The notes beneath the pieces are model-generated. The model made no database searches and was not told the origin of the DNA. It saw only the letters and a list, made by a program, of their open reading frames with translations. A program made the position numbers and the translations under genes. From assembly GCA_030141605.1 (NCBI GenBank), contig JAQGDQ010000990.1, positions 1 to 64,000 on the forward strand: a stretch of DNA of 64,000 nucleotides, read 5' to 3'. This document shows, piece by piece, positions 59,991 to 64,000 of the stretch (the first letter of the stretch is position 1; each line of letters begins with the position of its first letter). Source of the stretch: Tubiluchus corallicola (taxonomy: Eukaryota > Animalia > Priapulida).

Positions 59991-62900
59991 AGGAGACAGA
60001 GGATGGACGACCCGGAAATATCCTGTGGATATCAGTTGGCTAGATAGTTTATAGGCCTTCAGTATTAACACTTAACAGAGCTAACGACTACTTCAATGTA
60101 AATTACAAGTTTAGGCTAATTATGTTAGTGTAGAGTTAGTGTAGAGCTAAAAACAGTTATGTCTAGTGTAGAGTTATTAATTTGGAATGTAGGCCATAAA
60201 CTTTATCTTTAGTTACTATCCTTCCAAAGAAGAGCTGTCCTTGAATAAAAGGAGAAATAGAAACATAACTTTTATGTTATAACTACATCGTATCATTTTT
60301 GGCTTCTACTGTTCTATGTTTAAAGTAAATTAAAAAAGTATTTCACCAAGAAAGAGCAATTTTACCACTTACTACGACATTAATCACAGTCTGTTTTATA
60401 CCAAGCTAAAATATTCAATTAACTATTAATCAATGATTTAAGCGCAATTCCTTTGTTGGGCAATGCCAATATATAAGTGAAGTATTCAGTTCCATTTGTG
60501 AATCATTCCATAAGTGTAATATGAGTTCCTAACAACATTTTGGCTTAACCGCTAGACTTGTACTTTTGATTTCCTTATTATAATTAGGACAAACTGCACA
60601 ATCAATGAAAACTTTCTGAAAACTTTTACGTGTTGTGTTATTTCACTGGTTACTGTAAAACCTGGTTACCAGACTGATCGAACCAAGCAAGTCTTTTGAG
60701 CCTTGGACTCTCGGATAAGAAAACACCTCTTCAATGGTGGTAACGACAGTGAAACATGTCGATAACGACTGTTACTATGACCGCAGCTGCAGCAACAGAT
60801 AAACAAAAAATGGTGAAGAAAATGATGATCCTATTTAGGGCGCCAGTAGTTTTCATTTGTAGTCCTGTAGGTTCCACGGGCCACGACTTCTGCGCAATGA
60901 TAAACATTTTCCAACAGTCACAAATTCCAAACTATTTCGTTAAACGTAAAATTCAACTTAATATTTTCATACATTTTAAATATTCTCAAAAATTTAATTT
61001 AATTTTAATTTTATTTTATTTTTCATATTTTTAAATTTTTCAAATTGATAATGCGAATTAATCAATGTATAAAAACGGTTTTTTGGTCTAGTCAGTAAAA
61101 GGAAATGAGAAAATGCAGAACTTTACAGTTTGACTTCTGCTAATAATTATAATTATTTCAATACAAAGCAAAATGGATCTCAAACGGTTTTTTGGTTGAC
61201 ATTTGTATAGTATGGTAATTCTTATTTGGTAGCTGTTTAACCTGTCCTATGTCTGGCGTTTTTGACTGATAGATCTTCGTCTGCGGTGGTCCTTTGACCG
61301 GTTATCCTTTGTCTGGTAGTCCATTGACCTGTGGTTCTTTGATCTTTGGTCCGTTGACCGGTGGTTTGATCCTTTTACCTTGACTAAAATTTAATGAAGC
61401 TGTTTGATTGTAGTACAAACATGGAAGTGGTATTACCTACTTGTGCATGGAGTAGTTAACACCACATTCATGTTTGTAGTGCAACTAAACATTTAATTCT
61501 ACTAAACACTGTTTGAGACGATTTCAATTAGGAAATTATCGATTCTCTTTATGTCGCGTATGAAAATGGAACTAATAGTAAACAATAAACACGTGGACGT
61601 AATTATTGAGGTCATTTAACAAACATCTGACCAATAAATATATTTCAGTGGTTGATAAATGTCACAGGCTTATAAAGCCAAAATAAAGTAAAATATACAG
61701 ATAACATGTAATAAATGTTCCTTCAAAAGCGTTATTAAGCATAGGTATATTAAAGAATATCCTACTGTTTTTAAAAATTGAAAATCATGTATTTTTTAAC
61801 GTTTTAAAGCAGATTATTCCGCGTTATATAGAACCATAACAACAAATATAAATCATAGCAAGAAGTCAAGTTGTTTTGAAATCGAGCACAGGTAAAAATG
61901 ACAGCTAAAAAGACACAAAATGTCACAAATTGAAAAGTAGGAAAAAAATAGCATATGTTATTTCGGTGCAACTAATTTCTGTAATAAAACTGAAATGTGC
62001 TCAGTAAGAAGTAGATCTCTACTAAGGAAAAAATTCTAAACATGTTCGTCTGATTCTTTTGATAACGAAACATAAAACAAAGATACAAAAATATAATTGT
62101 ATAAATATTTTTTAGGCTAGCAAAAGACTCACAAAATATTTTGTCCATTAAATAGAATTATAATCAATTTATAATCAGTTATAATCAAGCAACACAAGAG
62201 CATCCCACATACTGTTTATCTACCTTTATTTAACGATTTGGCGATGATAATAGACCAACAAATATAAGTCCGATTTCCTAAAAACTCAAATCAAAATCTG
62301 TAAAGTATTCAAAATGCTTATTAAATTGCTACATTTTTGATAAAATTTAGTAGTTTGCTCATCATATCGGATTAAGTCTTTTATTCTTTACTTAAGAGCT
62401 ACACTGAAGTCACGGGCCACTTATAATAGCTATGTAGTACAGCGTCTCATTTCATCTAATAACAATAAAACTACTGCTAAGTATTATGATAATATAGTGT
62501 TTTTAGTAAATGCAAATACGTTGGAGATACTATAAGGAAGCATAACATTATATTACATGAATAAAACCGGCAATGCAGTCAACTTTATTTGTAATTTGTT
62601 TAATCCATAATGCAAAGCATTTCTTTTTTATTTGAAGCAATCAATCATCTAACAACTAATCACTTACTCAGAAAATTAGCCTCGGATTCAGATGGTACTA
62701 CCATATTTTTTTAATCAGTTTACCAGAATCTGAGCTGAATCGGTACAAAAAAGTTCCACCGATTCTTAACCAGAAAGCAGTTTTTATTGTATGTTATCAA
62801 CATTAACTGTATAGCAATGACAGGCCTGGCCGCATAGTTGATTTCATCGTGCCCATAAACTTAACGCTGCTTGTTTTTATGGGTTGCGACAACAATACCT

Positions 62901-62999
62901 GGGTCTCATTTTGATACATAACCTGAAGCTTTAACGAGTAGTTCGTTTTTAGAGATACAACGTCCTTCTATTCAGTTCTGCATGGTAAAAATTAGACTC

Positions 63000-63530
63000 A
63001 AAGTCCAGAGTTCATTGGCCCAAAAAATTTATTAATTTACTGATATCAAAACTGCAAACTAACTATGTAATTTACTGGAAGAAAAATGTCTCCAAAGAAA
63101 CTGGTAAAAACATTAACAAAAATAATAAGTTACGAACTTATTCCAATTTTAAAAACAAGTTCATAGAAGAAAAATACTTATTGCAAAATCCCGTTAAAAG
63201 AGCAAATTCTTTCAAAGTTGCGTATTAGCTCACAAAAGCTCCTTATTGGAAAAACCGACACACCAAACCCTAAATCCCCCTTAACAACAGATTATGCCAT
63301 TTTTGTAAAGATAAAAAATTGATGACGAGAAGCATTTAATTCTTGAATGTAACTATTATAATGATTTAAGACATAGCCTGTTTTCTCATGTCAATTTTCC
63401 CAAACTTTATCAATCTTGCGGTACAGGAAAAATTTATATTTCTGATGAATGGAAATGAAATTGTGAACTTGCAATTTTAATTTCAAACTATATTACGGAC
63501 TGTTTTAAAAGCAGAAAATAATATCTTAGT
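63000..63530 (+). mobile_element. LINE 3' relic with CCHC region (RTE-X-like)
   Basis: LSKLRISSQKL...RLCHFCK...DDEKHLILECNYYNDLR across frameshifts. Confidence 0.7.
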
Positions 63531-64000
63531 GCCATAAAATTATATTCAATTTATAGCAAAAGCACATTATTGTAATTATATTATTTTTGTAAACGTGAAA
63601 ATATTATTTACTGTTTAACTTATGACGGTTATACCCAAGTGTTGGGATGCATTGTGTGACGTATGATTTTTTTATGTACATTGTATTGTATATTGTTTTG
63701 TGTCGTTCGTCAGTAACTTAAACTATTATTAGTAGGTTTATTGGCACGCAAAAAACAAAATTCCTAAACGATAAACAAATCTATAATGGTTTTCATAGTT
63801 TTTTTAGGCACACGATTATATGTGCACAGCATTCATAATTCAGCCAGGTATGCTGCTGCTGTAGAGTTAGCCCACGAACTTTGATAAATTTGATTATTTA
63901 AGCGCTCACTAATTATTATTATTTATCTACTTATATCGCTCATATCATCTAAGCGAATTAACGATTAAGTAATTATTAAGTAAATGAACGTCAGTGACCC

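Overview
AT-rich, repeat-dense animal (invertebrate-like) genomic DNA. Most long ORFs in the supplied track are artefacts of mini/microsatellites. Supported content: (1) a 5'-incomplete, 12-exon TTLL4-like tubulin glutamylase gene on + (527-20563) with an intact frame but unusual active-site residues; (2) in its introns, a 300-bp RTE-type retroposon starting at the cleavage site of a twister ribozyme, a palindrome with a minimal hammerhead ribozyme on each arm, a tRNA-SINE, a Tc1/mariner-type MITE, and a 5.8-kb Helitron array with head-to-tail junctions, a read-through composite and a large inverted duplication; (3) a full-length but mutated Ty3/gypsy element (38804-47001) whose gag frame begins inside the LTR; (4) a hAT MITE, a solo-LTR-like insertion and LINE relics; (5) 3' gene ends with no recognisable 5' part in the window: a DEG/ENaC last exon (+), three GABA-B-receptor-like exons (-), a cytochrome-b5-reductase-like fragment, plus a THAP relic. 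All family calls are by eye from motifs; no searches were run.
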